Shown: positions 39,666-51,432 of the stretch, piece after piece
How the letters are laid out: each line of letters opens with the position of its first letter
Position numbering within the stretch: position 1 is the first letter of the stretch
Origin: Octopus sinensis
Taxonomy: Eukaryota
Reading direction: 5' to 3'
Assembly: GCF_006345805.1 (NCBI RefSeq)
Contig: NW_021831881.1
Location: 1-62,658 of the forward strand
DNA length: 62,658 nt
The notes under the pieces: model-generated
Database searches by the model: none
What the model was told of the DNA's origin: nothing
The model's input: only the letters and a program-made list of their open reading frames with translations
Translations under genes and position numbers: made by a program

Positions 39666-41820
39666 CCGTGGTGGTGGTGGTGGTGGTGGTCATGGTGGTA
39701 GTGGTCATGGTGGGAGTGGTAGTGGTGGTGGTGGTGGTGGTGGTGGTGGTGGGAGTGGTGGTGGTGGTGATGGTGGTGGTGGTGGTCATGGTGGTATTGG
39801 TGGTGGTGGGCGTGGTAGTGGTGGCGGTGGTGGTGGTGGTGGTCATGGTGGTAGTGGTGATGGTGGGAGTGGTAGTGGTGGTTGTGGTGGTGATGGTGGT
39901 GGTGGTGGTGGTGGTGGTCATGGTGGTATTGGTGGTGGTGGTCATGGTGGTAGTGGTGGTGGTGGTCATGGTGGTATTGGTAGTGGTGGTCATGATGGTA
40001 GTGGTGGCAGTGGTGATGGTGGTGGTGGTGGTGATCGTCGTCGTCGTGGTGATGGTGGTGGTGTATGTGGCAGAGTTGTCCTTTGACTGTGAAGCTGTCG
40101 TCTGGGTTCTTCCAATTTTTTCGTGTGTTCGTGGCGGAGTTGGCGTCCATGCTTGCACCTGCACCTGTGTTGCTCCTCCCCTTCCTCCCTCCTTCATGAA
40201 GCTGTAGGGAAGGCAGGGTAGGGAAATCAACGTCGTAAGCGTTGTCAAGGAGATCAGCGTTCTTTTAGAACGACGACTTCATAGCTTTAAGTCACCAAAA
40301 CAGAAATGGCTAAGAAAGCCGAAAGCAAATTCTACAAAATCGGGAAACACGCCACACAGGGAAGGTTTCCAGTGCAAAGAATTTGCACAACCGAATGTTT
40401 TAGTTGTTGCACAATTTTTACATAAAAATATATTATCCAAACTCAAACTTTTAAAGGCAATAAAAAGGCAAACTTGAATACAATATTGTATGGCGATGGT
40501 ACTTGTGAAATATGGTAATAGATTTAGTAGCCAAAAGGAGAGAGCAGAGGTATAGTATGGTGTGGTGGTGGTGGTGGTGGTGGTGGTGGTGGTGGTGGTG
40601 GTGGCGGCGGCGGTGGCGGTGGAAATAGCGACGGTGGAGGTGGTAGTGGCAGTGGCGGTAGCGGTAGTGGTGGTGGTGGTCATGGTGGTAGTGGTGGTTG
40701 TCATGGTGGTAGTGGTGGTGGTGATTGTGGTAGTGGTGATGGTGGTGGTCATGGTGGTAGTGGTGATGGTGGTGGTCATGGTGGTAGTGTGATGGTGGTG
40801 GTCATGGTGGTAGTGTTGATGGTGGTGGTTATGGTGGTGGTGGTGGTGGTGGTGGTCATGGTGGTAGTGGTGATGGTGGTGGTGATGTTGGTGATGGTGG
40901 TAGTGGTGGTGGTGGTCATGGTCGTCGTCGTCGCGTCGTCGCGTCGTCGTGGTGATGGTGGTGGTGTTTGTGGCAGAGTTGTCCTTTGACTGTGAAGCTG
41001 TTGTCTGGGTTCTTCCAATTTTTCTTTGTGTCGGTGGCGGAGTTGGCGTCCATGCTCGCACCTGCACCTGTGTTGCTCCTCCCCTTCCCCCTTCTTCATG
41101 AAGCTGTGGGGAAGGCAAAGTAAGGAAATCAACGTCGTAAGCGTTGTCAAGGAGACCAGCGTTGTTTTAGAACGACGACTTCATGGCTTGAAGTCGCCAA
41201 ATCAGAAATGGCTAAGAAAGCCGAAAGCAAATTTACAAAGTCGGGAAACACGCCACACAGGGAAGGTTTCCCGTGCAAAGAATTTGCACAACCGAATGTT
41301 TTAGTTGTTGCACAACTAATACATAAAAAATATCCAAACACAAACTTTTGAAAGCAATATTGTATGGCGATGGTACTTGTGAAATATGGTAATAGATTTA
41401 GTAGCCAAAAGGAGAGAGCAGAGGTATAGTATGGTGGTGGTAGTGGCGGTGATGGTGGTAGTGGTGGTGGTGGTCGTCGTAGTGGTGGTGGTGGTGGTGT
41501 TGGTCATGGTGGTGGCGATGTTGGCATCTATGCTCAAACCTGCACCTGTGCCGCTCCTCCCCTCTTTCCCTCCATGAAGCTGTGGGGAAGGCAGGGTAAA
41601 GAAATCAACGTCATAAGCGTTGTCAAGGAGACCAGCGTTGTTTTAGAACGACGACTTCATGGCTTGAAGTCGCCAAATCAGAAATGGCTAAGAAAGCCGA
41701 AAGCATTTACAAGTCGGGAAACACGCCACACAGGGAAGGTTTCCGTGCAAAGAATTTGCACAACCGAATGCTTTAGTTGTTGCACAACTTTACGTAAAAA
41801 TATATATCCAAACACACTTT
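39666..41820 (+). repeat. Triplicated composite unit: (GGT)-rich tract plus ~370-500 bp of unique sequence
   Basis: TTGGC(G/A)TC(C/T)ATGCT...CCTGCACCTGTG at 40140, 41043 and 41521. Confidence 0.9.
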
Positions 41821-42006
41821 TGAAGTTTGGTTTTCTTTTTTTTGTTTTTAACGCTTGTGCAAAATTGGATTTTTTTTTTGGTGGTAGTGTTGGTGTCACT
41901 TGTAGTGGTTGAGGTTGTAGTTGTGGTGTTGTTGTTGGCAGTTATGGTAGACGGCAAAACGACGATATCGTTGCTGTTGTTGTTGTCGTTGGTGGAGGTG
42001 GTGGTG

Positions 42007-42471
42007 GAATTTCTCAATTCACTGGAGCCTCCTGGACTACCTCCACACATATTAGCACTTAAAGTTGGAACTCCTGTAATGCTACTCCGCAATCTGGAAC
42101 CAACAAGACTTTGCAATGCAACACGACTGGTGATGAAGAAAATGATGTCACACGTTATCGAGGCGATCATTCTTTCTGGATGTGGAAAAGCTGATGACGT
42201 CTTTATTCCAAGAATTCCTCTTACTCCATCAGGAGCAGAAATTCCATTTACATTCAGAAGACTGCAATTCCCCTTTTGTGTCAGCTTTGCCATGTCCATT
42301 AACAAATCTCAGGGTCAAACCCTCTCTGTAGCTGGTCTTCTCTTGGAAGAGCCCTGCTTCTCGCATGAGCAAATGTATGTTGGCTGCTCAAGAGTAGGAA
42401 CCAAAAGAAACCTTTTTGTATATGCTCCACAAGGAAACACTAGGAACATTGTTTACAACGAGGTGTTATAA
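42007..42471 (+). pseudogene. Helitron RepHel PIF1-type helicase C-terminal fragment
   Basis: [27 protein letters not shown]...LCN.TRL...FIPRIPL...RLQFP...[11 protein letters not shown]...[13 protein letters not shown]; open through to the stop codon. Confidence 0.92.
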
Positions 42472-42552
42472 TCACAACAGCCAGGAGGTATATACATGAT
42501 CCTTTTTTTTTTAACAAACTTCATGTACTTTCATGTATTTATATTAATATAC

Positions 42553-42584
<32 letters not shown>

Positions 42585-42606
42585 ATCTATCTATCTATCT
42601 ATCTAT

Positions 42607-42654
<48 letters not shown>

Positions 42655-42658
<4 letters not shown>

Positions 42659-42827
42659 CGCAGGAGTGGCTGTGTGGTAAGTAGCTTGCTAACCAACCAC
42701 ATGGTTCCGGGTTCAGTCCCACTGCGTGGCATCTTGGGCAAGTGTCTTCTGCTATAGCCCCGGGCCGACCAATGCCTTGTGAGTGGATTTGGTAGACGGA
42801 AACTGAAAGAAGCTTGTCGTTTATATG

Positions 42828-42858
<31 letters not shown>

Positions 42859-43075
42859 TTGTGTGTCTGTGTTTGTTCCCCTAGCATTGCTTGACAAGCG
42901 ATGGTGGTGTGTTTAAGTCCCCGTCACCTATCGGTTCGGCAAAAAGAGACCGATAGAATAAGTACTGGGCTTACAAAAAGAATAAGTCCCGGGGTCGATT
43001 TGCTCGACTAAAGACGGTGCTCCAGCATGACCGCAGTCAAATGGCTGAAACAAGTAAAAGAGTAAAAGAGTATAT
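42655..43075 (+). mobile_element. SINE family A nested in the Helitron 3' region
   Basis: Full-length match. Confidence 0.9.
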
Positions 43076-43218
43076 ATATAACAGAAAAGTCTAATTGAAT
43101 GTAACCGGGCAACGCCGGGTATCTCTGCTAGTATATATATATATATATATATACGTTTTCGTAATGAGATAAAAAAACCAAGGCTGAGTAGATTTTTAAA
43201 AAAATTTATAAATAGAAG

Positions 43219-43266
43219 GTCTTACAGCTGTTTCTAGGATATTTATTATATCTCTTCATCGGAGAC
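43219..43266 (-). ncRNA. Type I hammerhead motif (U4 to C) in a Penelope-type terminal remnant
   Basis: gucu-CCGAUGA-agaGAUAU-aauaa-AUAUCcua-GAAAC-AGCU-GUA-agac. Confidence 0.6.
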
Positions 43267-44214
43267 GGTGTGAGGAAGATGGTGACCGGACGAGAACCGG
43301 TGCTTTCAACGTGATATGGCCGTAACCATAGAAAGGACTATTTCGATATAAATATCTTATTCGCTTTGCTCCTCACTTTCCCATTCATTTTTTCCTATTT
43401 CTCTGCTGATTTCTATTTATTTCTGTCTATTTATCTAACTATTCCCTGTGTAATACTCCTTGTATCACTGATATAGTTTACGTCATTCTATCACTCACTG
43501 CATCAGTCTGTATTTTAAATCCATTATATGTTCTTTGCATATTTGTCGGTTGGTCGTTATGTGTGTCTCTTTTGTTTCTTCTCTATGTTTCTCCATCAAA
43601 CATTGTACCCCGCTCTTTCCCTCCATCTTTATTCTCCATTTATCTGTAGTCAATGTTTTCCCTCTTTCCCATCGCTCATCTCTCTGTCTCGCTAACTGTG
43701 TCTCTCTACATCTCTCTCTACAACTCACGATGCGTGTCTCCCGCTCTCTCTCTCTCTCTCTGTTTTTCACTCTCTTGTCTCTCTCTGTTTAATCAATAGG
43801 TTTTTTTTCACAATTGCTCGCTGCAATTGAATGGAAAAAAACAAATGAAACGCTGGTAAAAATGAATACGAAAACTGCAAATGTACATTATAAAGTTTAT
43901 TTAAAGGTAGCAGCTTCTATAAATCAACGCTGAGAACACAATGGTTGGGCCAAGACAGAATTACTTACTTGGCAATAATAGAAAAAAAAAAACAACAACA
44001 GCAAAAGCAACAACAATGACAAGCAAAAACAAGGCAATATAACAACAACAGCTGTAGCAAAACTAATGAAAAAACTGCAAAAAAAGAAATAAGCGCCAAA
44101 AAATAAATCAAGAAAAAACAGGAAATGACTCAGAATCAGTAATATTTTCTACTTTTTCCATTCTCTGTATTTTCGCAACTGTTGCAAAGCAAAGAGTAAA
44201 CTTGTAATTGCAGA

Positions 44215-44510
44215 AAATAAAATAAAATAATATAAAATAAAATAAAATAAAATAAAATACAACAAAATAAAATAAAATAAAATAAAATAAAATAAAATAA
44301 AATACAACAAAATAAAATAAAATACAACAAAATAAAATAAAATAAAATACAACAAAATAAAATAATATAAAATAAAATAAAATAAAATAAAATAAAATAA
44401 AATAAAATACAACAAAATAAAATAAAATAAAATAAAATAAAATAAAATACAACAAAATAAAATAAAATAAAATAAAATAAAATAAAATACAACAAAATAA
44501 AATAAAATAA
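44215..44510. repeat. (AAAAT)n pentanucleotide tract with recurring ACAAC variants
   Basis: Directly visible. Confidence 0.95.
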
Positions 44511-44943
44511 CCTTTTGCTCTTGCAATAACAACAAGAATATAATAACCGATTTCATCCATTAGCTCGCGACCGACAATTTTCCATGATTTTTTTTTTCTC
44601 ATTTGTGTGTGTTTGGTGGTGGTGGTGGTGGTCGTCGTCGTCGTCGTCGTAACCGCGCGGTAGTTGTTGGAGTGTACAGTCGATTAAATCAACATCAGTA
44701 ATTGACTGGTTCTTATTTCGTAGAGCCCCAGAAGGTTAGCCAGGGTGGGATGGGGTGGGAGAAGTAAAATGCACATTTGCAGGATTTGAACTCAGAAATA
44801 AATAAAGACAAAGTATTTTATCTTTTTTACCTTGTTTTTTTTCTTGTTTTTTTTTAATCATTAGCTTGTTTCAGTCACTGAACTGTGGGCTTGCCGGGGC
44901 ATCACCTTGAAGGATTTGGACAAACAAATCATGCACATACATA

Positions 44944-45178
44944 CGAGGGACGTTCAATAAGTAATGCCTCTGACCCACCTGCAGTTGTTTGAGCTAGCTG
45001 AAATTTTGCATGTGCAATCATTTATATCTCTATAAATTAAGTGGCAAATTACAGCTCTGAATTAATTGTGGTTTCTGATTTACAGGTGTTTGAACCGAGT
45101 CAAGTGTGAAATGGAGCATGTTGAGTGTCGAGCAGTGTTCGACACTCAACATGCTCCATGATCTTTACGCCCCTTGTA
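44944..45178 (+). mobile_element. Internally deleted mariner element with a 21-bp perfect hairpin at the transposase start
   Basis: TA-CGAGGGACGTTCAATAAG 5' end; MEHVECRAV start at 45111; ...ACGCCCCTTG-TA 3' end. Confidence 0.7.
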
Positions 45179-45380
45179 AATACATATGCACATATATATT
45201 TATGAGGAACAAAATAGGTTTAAATAAAGGAGTTCTCAATACAGACGTTAAGAAACTCAAACTTTTACTTTATTTCATTTCATTGGCCATGAAGGCCGTA
45301 TGCAGAGGGAGTAGGTTGCGGGCTGGACAAAAAATATTAACGAGATGAGTGATGAAAAGGATGGTATAAATGGAAGAAAG

Positions 45381-45608
45381 GCGGCGAGCTGGCAGAAACG
45401 TTAGCACGCCGGGCGAAATGCGTAGGCGTATTTCGTCTGCCGTTATGTTCTGAGTTCATATTCCGCCGAGGTTGACTTTGCCTTTCATCCTTTCGGGGGC
45501 GATTAAATAAGTACCAGTTACGCACTCGGGTCGATATAATCAACTTAACCCGTTTCTGTCCTTGTTTGTCCTCTCTGTGTTTAGCCCCTTGCGGGTAGTA
45601 AAGAAATT
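45381..45608 (+). mobile_element. SINE family B monomer
   Basis: Near-consensus copy. Confidence 0.9.
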
Positions 45609-46249
45609 GGTATAAATGGAAGAAGGCAAAAGACACCCGTCGATCTTCTGCTTCTCTAAAAACATTGTTCTTTTATTTTTCAAAACAAAAAACAACAAAA
45701 CGAAGTATTAAACCCCTTACCTCAGTTTCACAGTTACTGGACTTAATAGTCCATTACAGACTGAGGCGCTGAGCCTCTTACAAACAATAAACATTTAGGC
45801 ACTAAAGCCTCTTTATCCTTTCTCCCCGACCAGGCCGTATGTCTCCTGCAGGCAATGCTCCAGAACCAGGTCGGGGCCCCAGAAGGCGAAACTAAACTGG
45901 CCCTTCGGAAAGGAGCCCACCACCCTGAATATATCGACGTCCGATATGACCTCCGTAGTCACCTGCGGAGGCCAATCCGGGTCGCAAGTCCAAAGCATGG
46001 TCTCCTCCCGCCGGCCCTTTAGCTTCCTCAAACTTTTACTTACTACATGAATTATCCTTCAAAAACACTACAACTAATAGTTTCATTAAAACTCCTTTTG
46101 CATATAAAGCTTTTAATCCAGCTTCTTGTTTTGTTGACTTAACAATAAAAACAAAGCTATTTTCAAATAGTTCCCACGGTAACTCAATCGCAGTTCTATA
46201 GCTTATAAAATCTGATTTTGGGTTAGTGTTGTACGCACTTCCATCTTTT

Positions 46250-46740
46250 ACTCATTTCAGTCATTGGAGAGCGGCCATGCTGGGGCATCTCTCCGAAAGG
46301 TCCATCGAACAAATCGACCCCGGTGATGATGTTTTTCACCCGGATATTTATACTATCGTTCTCTTTAGCTCAACCGATATATTACAGGAACCAAAATAAA
46401 CCATCATAGATTCTGAAGTACAGGTGGCGGCAAACACACTCGTAAACACACCAGCATCGGTTGTCAAGCAATGCTAGGGGGACAAACACAGACACACAAA
46501 TACATACACACACAGACACACAAATACATACACACAAATACATACACACACACACACACACATATATACATCTATACGACGGGCTTCTTTCAGTTTCCGT
46601 CTACCAAATCCACTCACAAGGCCTTGGTCGGCCCGAGGCCATAGTAGAAGACACTTGCCCAAGGTGCCACGCAGTGGGACTGAATCCAGAACCATGTGGT
46701 TGGTAAGCAAGCTACTTACCACACTGTCACTCCTACGCCT

Positions 46741-46745
<5 letters not shown>
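46250..46745 (-). mobile_element. SINE family A (intact 46441-46745, degenerate tail part 46250-46400)
   Basis: Consensus match. Confidence 0.8.
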
Positions 46746-46782
<37 letters not shown>

Positions 46783-47769
46783 CAAGGGCTTCTACACAGT
46801 TTCCGTATAACAAATTCACTCAGAAGTTGGTGTACGTCCCGAGTGTAAAGTAGAACTCATTTAACCAAAGTGCCGCACAGAGGGACTGTACCAGAAATCA
46901 CGGGTTTACAAGCTTAATACCACATAGGCCACGCATACTTATATACATATATACATACTTACATATTATACACACATACACACACATACACACATATGAG
47001 AAAATCAGCTCCATGCTGCATGATGATACGATTGTGCATCAGGTCGCTTATCTCGTTTGCATGTAATTCTTTTTTTAGCTTGTAAAATTTGAAAGTGTTC
47101 AGAATTTATGTCTGATAAAATTGTTAAAGAAAGAGAATTTTACATTGCAAGATTAGCATTTAGGCATGAAATGTATTGCATTACTAGCTCCTTATGTTTT
47201 ACATAAGTGCTCCTGTCAGATATTTAAGCGTTTACATTGATAAATATTTAGGTGTCATGCTGCTTATCTCATTAATTAACACATGAAACCAAAGAAGTTG
47301 AGGTTGCGCAATTAGCTGCAAGGAATTGGAATGTATTTTCCATTCCAGCTGGGGTAATTTTTTTGCATCATGTGTGCATGTATATATGTATGTATGTATA
47401 TATGTATATATGCATATGTGCAGATTTATATGTTTTGTTTAAAGTATGTCTTCTCATGCAGATTCTTGCATATCTAGACATACCCCCTATATACTTAAAT
47501 GATAAACTTCTGGAAAGTTTTAGAGATTTTTACAGCTCCAGGATTTTTACAACTCCAAGATTGGAGCCTTAGTCTTCGAATCAGACTTCTCCTTTCTGGT
47601 TTTAAGGAACCTAATTTCTCAGGATTGGTATTTAGTCAGTATGTTACATATCCCACTGGCCCAATGATTGCAGATACAAACCTGAACTTATAATCTGAAC
47701 TTGTAATATGTATGTATGAATGTAGCATGTGTGCATATATGTAAGCGTGTGTATATGTATGTGTATATA

Positions 47770-47842
<73 letters not shown>

Positions 47843-47924
47843 TATATATATATATATGTGTGTGTGTGTAATATATGTATATACAATATGTCTGTATGTG
47901 TAATTATACATATGTCTGTACGTA

Positions 47925-47959
<35 letters not shown>

Positions 47960-47969
47960 TTATATATAT

Positions 47970-48015
<46 letters not shown>

Positions 48016-48029
48016 CTACACATTAAGTA

Positions 48030-48600
48030 TAGGACACCACCGACGAGTGAAAAATACGTAAACACATAATGAGAGACAGGTACGGGACAAAATGCCAAAT
48101 AAAGTCTAGCCTCTCCTCAGTTGTTCACTGTCAATTACTCCCTATTTCGAGCTTTCAACGACATATCTTTTCTGTACGCTACGCGTACTTAAGTGGTCGC
48201 CATGTCTTCTCGCTTCTCGACATTTTCTCTCTCTTTTTTTTTTCTCTTCTACTGTTTTCTTCTCCTGTATTTATTCTATATCTTTTCAACGTTTCTCCCA
48301 GGCCTTACCCATTACAATGCGTCTTGGCTTAACGGCCCTTAATGTTTGTCTTCGTTGATTGTTTACTCTGTACCTCATCCCTGTCGGTGTTACGTCGTTC
48401 AAATCTCTAACTTTATACTTTTAAAATGTGTGGATGCTGCAGTTTAATGAAGTTTTCCTATATCGTCGTTGAAAGCTCGAAATAAGGAGTAGTTAAATGT
48501 CGACAACTGAGGAGGGGTTATACCTCTAGTAGTATTTTGTCCTGTACTTGTCTCTCATTTTGTGTTTATGCATTTTTTCACTCGTCGGTGATGCCCTGTT
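48030..48600. repeat. Inverted pair of ~140-bp diverged repeats (48030-48170 and 48465-48600)
   Basis: GTCGTTGAAAGCTCGAAATA...CAACTGAGGA...TTTTGTCC.GTAC.TGTCTCTCATT...TTTTTCACTCGTCGG on opposite strands. Confidence 0.8.
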
Positions 48601-48684
48601 CGTGGGTGATGTCCAGAACTTGATGTGTTTTATATTTATTTATTTATGATCTAATGTCACGCAGCCCTATGCACAGTTTTTACT

Positions 48685-48737
<53 letters not shown>

Positions 48738-48743
48738 TTATAA

Positions 48744-48776
<33 letters not shown>

Positions 48777-49224
48777 AATGTATATGTATATATATATATA
48801 TATATGTATATTTATAAATGTATATGTATATATATATATATGTGTGTGTGTGTGTATGGGCATATAGGTGTATATATATATATAATATATATATATATAT
48901 ATCTATATATATATATATGTATAAGTTCAATTAGAGGTTAAACACCTCATTAAGGGATAATAAAATCCAACGAATATACTGTTATATCACCTATTATATT
49001 ACCTATTAAAAAAATTTAATATTCAACTGTAAGTTAATTGGATAAATCGCTTTTTATATGTGTTTCAAGTAAATATGAAAATAGAGATAATTAAATTTAT
49101 AATTATTTGTTAATTACAAAATTTGACATCATCCCTGTAGCTGTTTTGATTCAGGACTTTAGAAAATAATTAGTATTAAAGATTAATCGATAATTTATTT
49201 TAACGATTTAATTCTAATAAATAT

Positions 49225-49626
49225 TTCTTTTACTTTCTTTTATTTGTTTCAGTCATTTTGACTGCGGCCATGCTGGAGCACCGCCTTTTAGTCGAGCAAC
49301 TCGACCCCGGGACTCATTCTTTTTGTAAGCCCAGTACTTATTCTATCGGTCTCTTTTTGCCGAACCGCTAAGTGACGGGGACGTAAACACACCAGCATCG
49401 GTTGTCAAGCAATGCTAGGGGAACAAACACAGACACACACACATACATATATATACATATATACGACAGGCTTCTTTCAGTTTCCGTCTACCAAATCCAC
49501 TCACAAGGCATTGGTCGGCCCGGGGCTATAGCAGAAGACACTTGCCCAAGATGCCACGCAGTGGGACTGAACCCGGAACCATGTGGTTGGTTAGCAAGCT
49601 ACTTACCACACAGCCACCCCTGCGCC
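49225..49626 (-). mobile_element. SINE family A, full length
   Basis: Consensus match. Confidence 0.9.
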
Positions 49627-50034
49627 AATATATGGAAATATTTTAAATATATTTTATAGTTGAATCGCATCGGAGGTGGAAAAAGATATACCCTTACATT
49701 TTCATATTACTGTGTGTTGAGTGTAAGAAGCAAATCTACTAACTGATAAATATTTTGTAGAAAGAACATGGTATACACTTTACAAAGGGGTGAAAGTAGT
49801 ATATTTATCGAAATTATTATAAAATTGAAAATAAAATAAAGAATAAGATATGGTAATAAACATATATATCTCTAAAGTATAATTAAATAGAAATAATCGC
49901 GAATGTGGTTTAAAAAAATAAGGGTAGTAATATGTTATGGGTAGTTATTAATATTTTAAAGAAAGCAGTATGTTAATTAATGCTATCGTAAATCAATAAA
50001 TTATAAATGGAAAAATTTAGGTGAATACATATGG

Positions 50035-50418
50035 ATGGAAGCACTCCGTCGGTTACGACGACGAGGGTTCTGGTTGATCCGATTAACGGAACAGCCTGCT
50101 CGTGAAATTAACGTGTAAGTGGCTGAGCACTCCACAGACACGTGTACCCTTAACGTAGTTCTCGGGGATATTCAGCGTGACACAGAGAGTGACAAGGCCG
50201 GCCCTTTGAAATACAGGTACAACAGAAACAGGAAGTAAGAGTGAGAGAAAGTTGTGGTGAAAGAGTACAGCAGGGATCACCACCATCCCTGCCGGAGCCT
50301 CGTGGGCTTTTAGGTGTTTTCGCTCAATAAACACTCACAACGTCCGGTCTGGGAATCGAAACTGCGATCCTACGACCGCGAGTCCGCTGCCCTAACCACT
50401 GGGCCATTGCGCCTCCAC
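50035..50418 (-). mobile_element. tRNA-derived SINE family C, full length
   Basis: Head GGAGGCGCAATGGCCCAGTGGTTAGGGCAGCGGACTCGCGGTC...GTTTCGATTCCC; tail CCCTCGTCGTCGTAACCGACGGAGTGC. Confidence 0.85.
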
Positions 50419-50719
50419 TGAATACATATAAAAATAGGTTGTAATTACATAAGTATTTAAGGTGTATATGTGAATAAAATAAATATAAGGAGAGTAATAG
50501 GTGAAAAATATTTTTGAGTGCATTATATATAAATACAATGCGTAACTTATATGTTTAGAGATAAAACAAAAGTGCAACAAGCATATAATAAAATAATATA
50601 GAATAGATTAGCGAGCAGGCAAAGAGGATTTGTTATTACGCGAATATAGACATAAATTTACACGCATATGTATAGTAAATATAGATAATTAATTGTGGAC
50701 AAAAGACGTACACCTTTGC

Positions 50720-51190
50720 TCTTTCACTCTTTTCCTTGTTTCAGTCACTTGACTGCGGTCATGCTGGAGCACCGCATTTAGTCGAGCAAATCGACCCCAG
50801 GACTTATTCTTTCTGAGCCTAGTACTTATTCTATCGGTCTCTTTTTGCCAAACCGCTAAGTTACGGAGACGCAAACACACCAGCATCGGTTGTCAAGCGA
50901 TATTGGGCAGACAAACACAGACACACAAACATATATACAAACATACACATATATATACATATATACGACGGGCTTCTTTCAGTTTCCGTCTACAAAGTCC
51001 ACTCACAAGGCTTTGGTCGGACCGATGCTATAGTAGAAGACACTTGCCCATAGTGCCACGCAGTGGGACTGAACCCAGAACCATGTGGTAGGTAAGCAAG
51101 TTACTTACCACACAGCCACCCCTGCGCCTATATCTACCACACAGCTACCCCTGCGCCTATATCTACCACACAGCCACCCCTGCGCCTATA
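50720..51190 (-). mobile_element. SINE family A with triplicated 29-bp 5' end
   Basis: ACCACACAGCYACCCCTGCGCCTATA three times at 51107-51190. Confidence 0.9.
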
Positions 51191-51432
51191 CTAACAAAAT
51201 TGTTGCGAAAAAGGTAAAATTAAGCTGAACTGCTTACAAACAAATTCTTCTGTAATTTTTAAACTTATAAATATAGCTTTTATAAACGCTATATGTGAAA
51301 TTACGATGTACGTAAACAAAGTTTGCCTTTTTAGAAGCGTGGAGATGTATTGAAATATACAGATATGGAAATAAATATTTTACTCTCAAACGCATTATAA
51401 TAATTCTGAATAGCATAAATAGGATAGAACAT

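Larger units (their letters stand above)
42007..43131 (+). mobile_element. Helitron 3' portion ending in hairpin and CTAG
   Basis: ACCGGGC-AAC-GCCGGGT at 43104-43120, CTAG at 43128-43131 followed by T; 5' end not identified. Confidence 0.85.

Noticed and set aside
41827-42006. N-terminal part of the 214-aa ORF
   Set aside because: Low-complexity GTG/GTT sequence fortuitously in frame with the helicase fragment
51107-51190. CRISPR-like short direct repeats (also 39450-39625)
   Set aside because: No unique spacers, no cas genes, eukaryotic context; derived from SINE sequence
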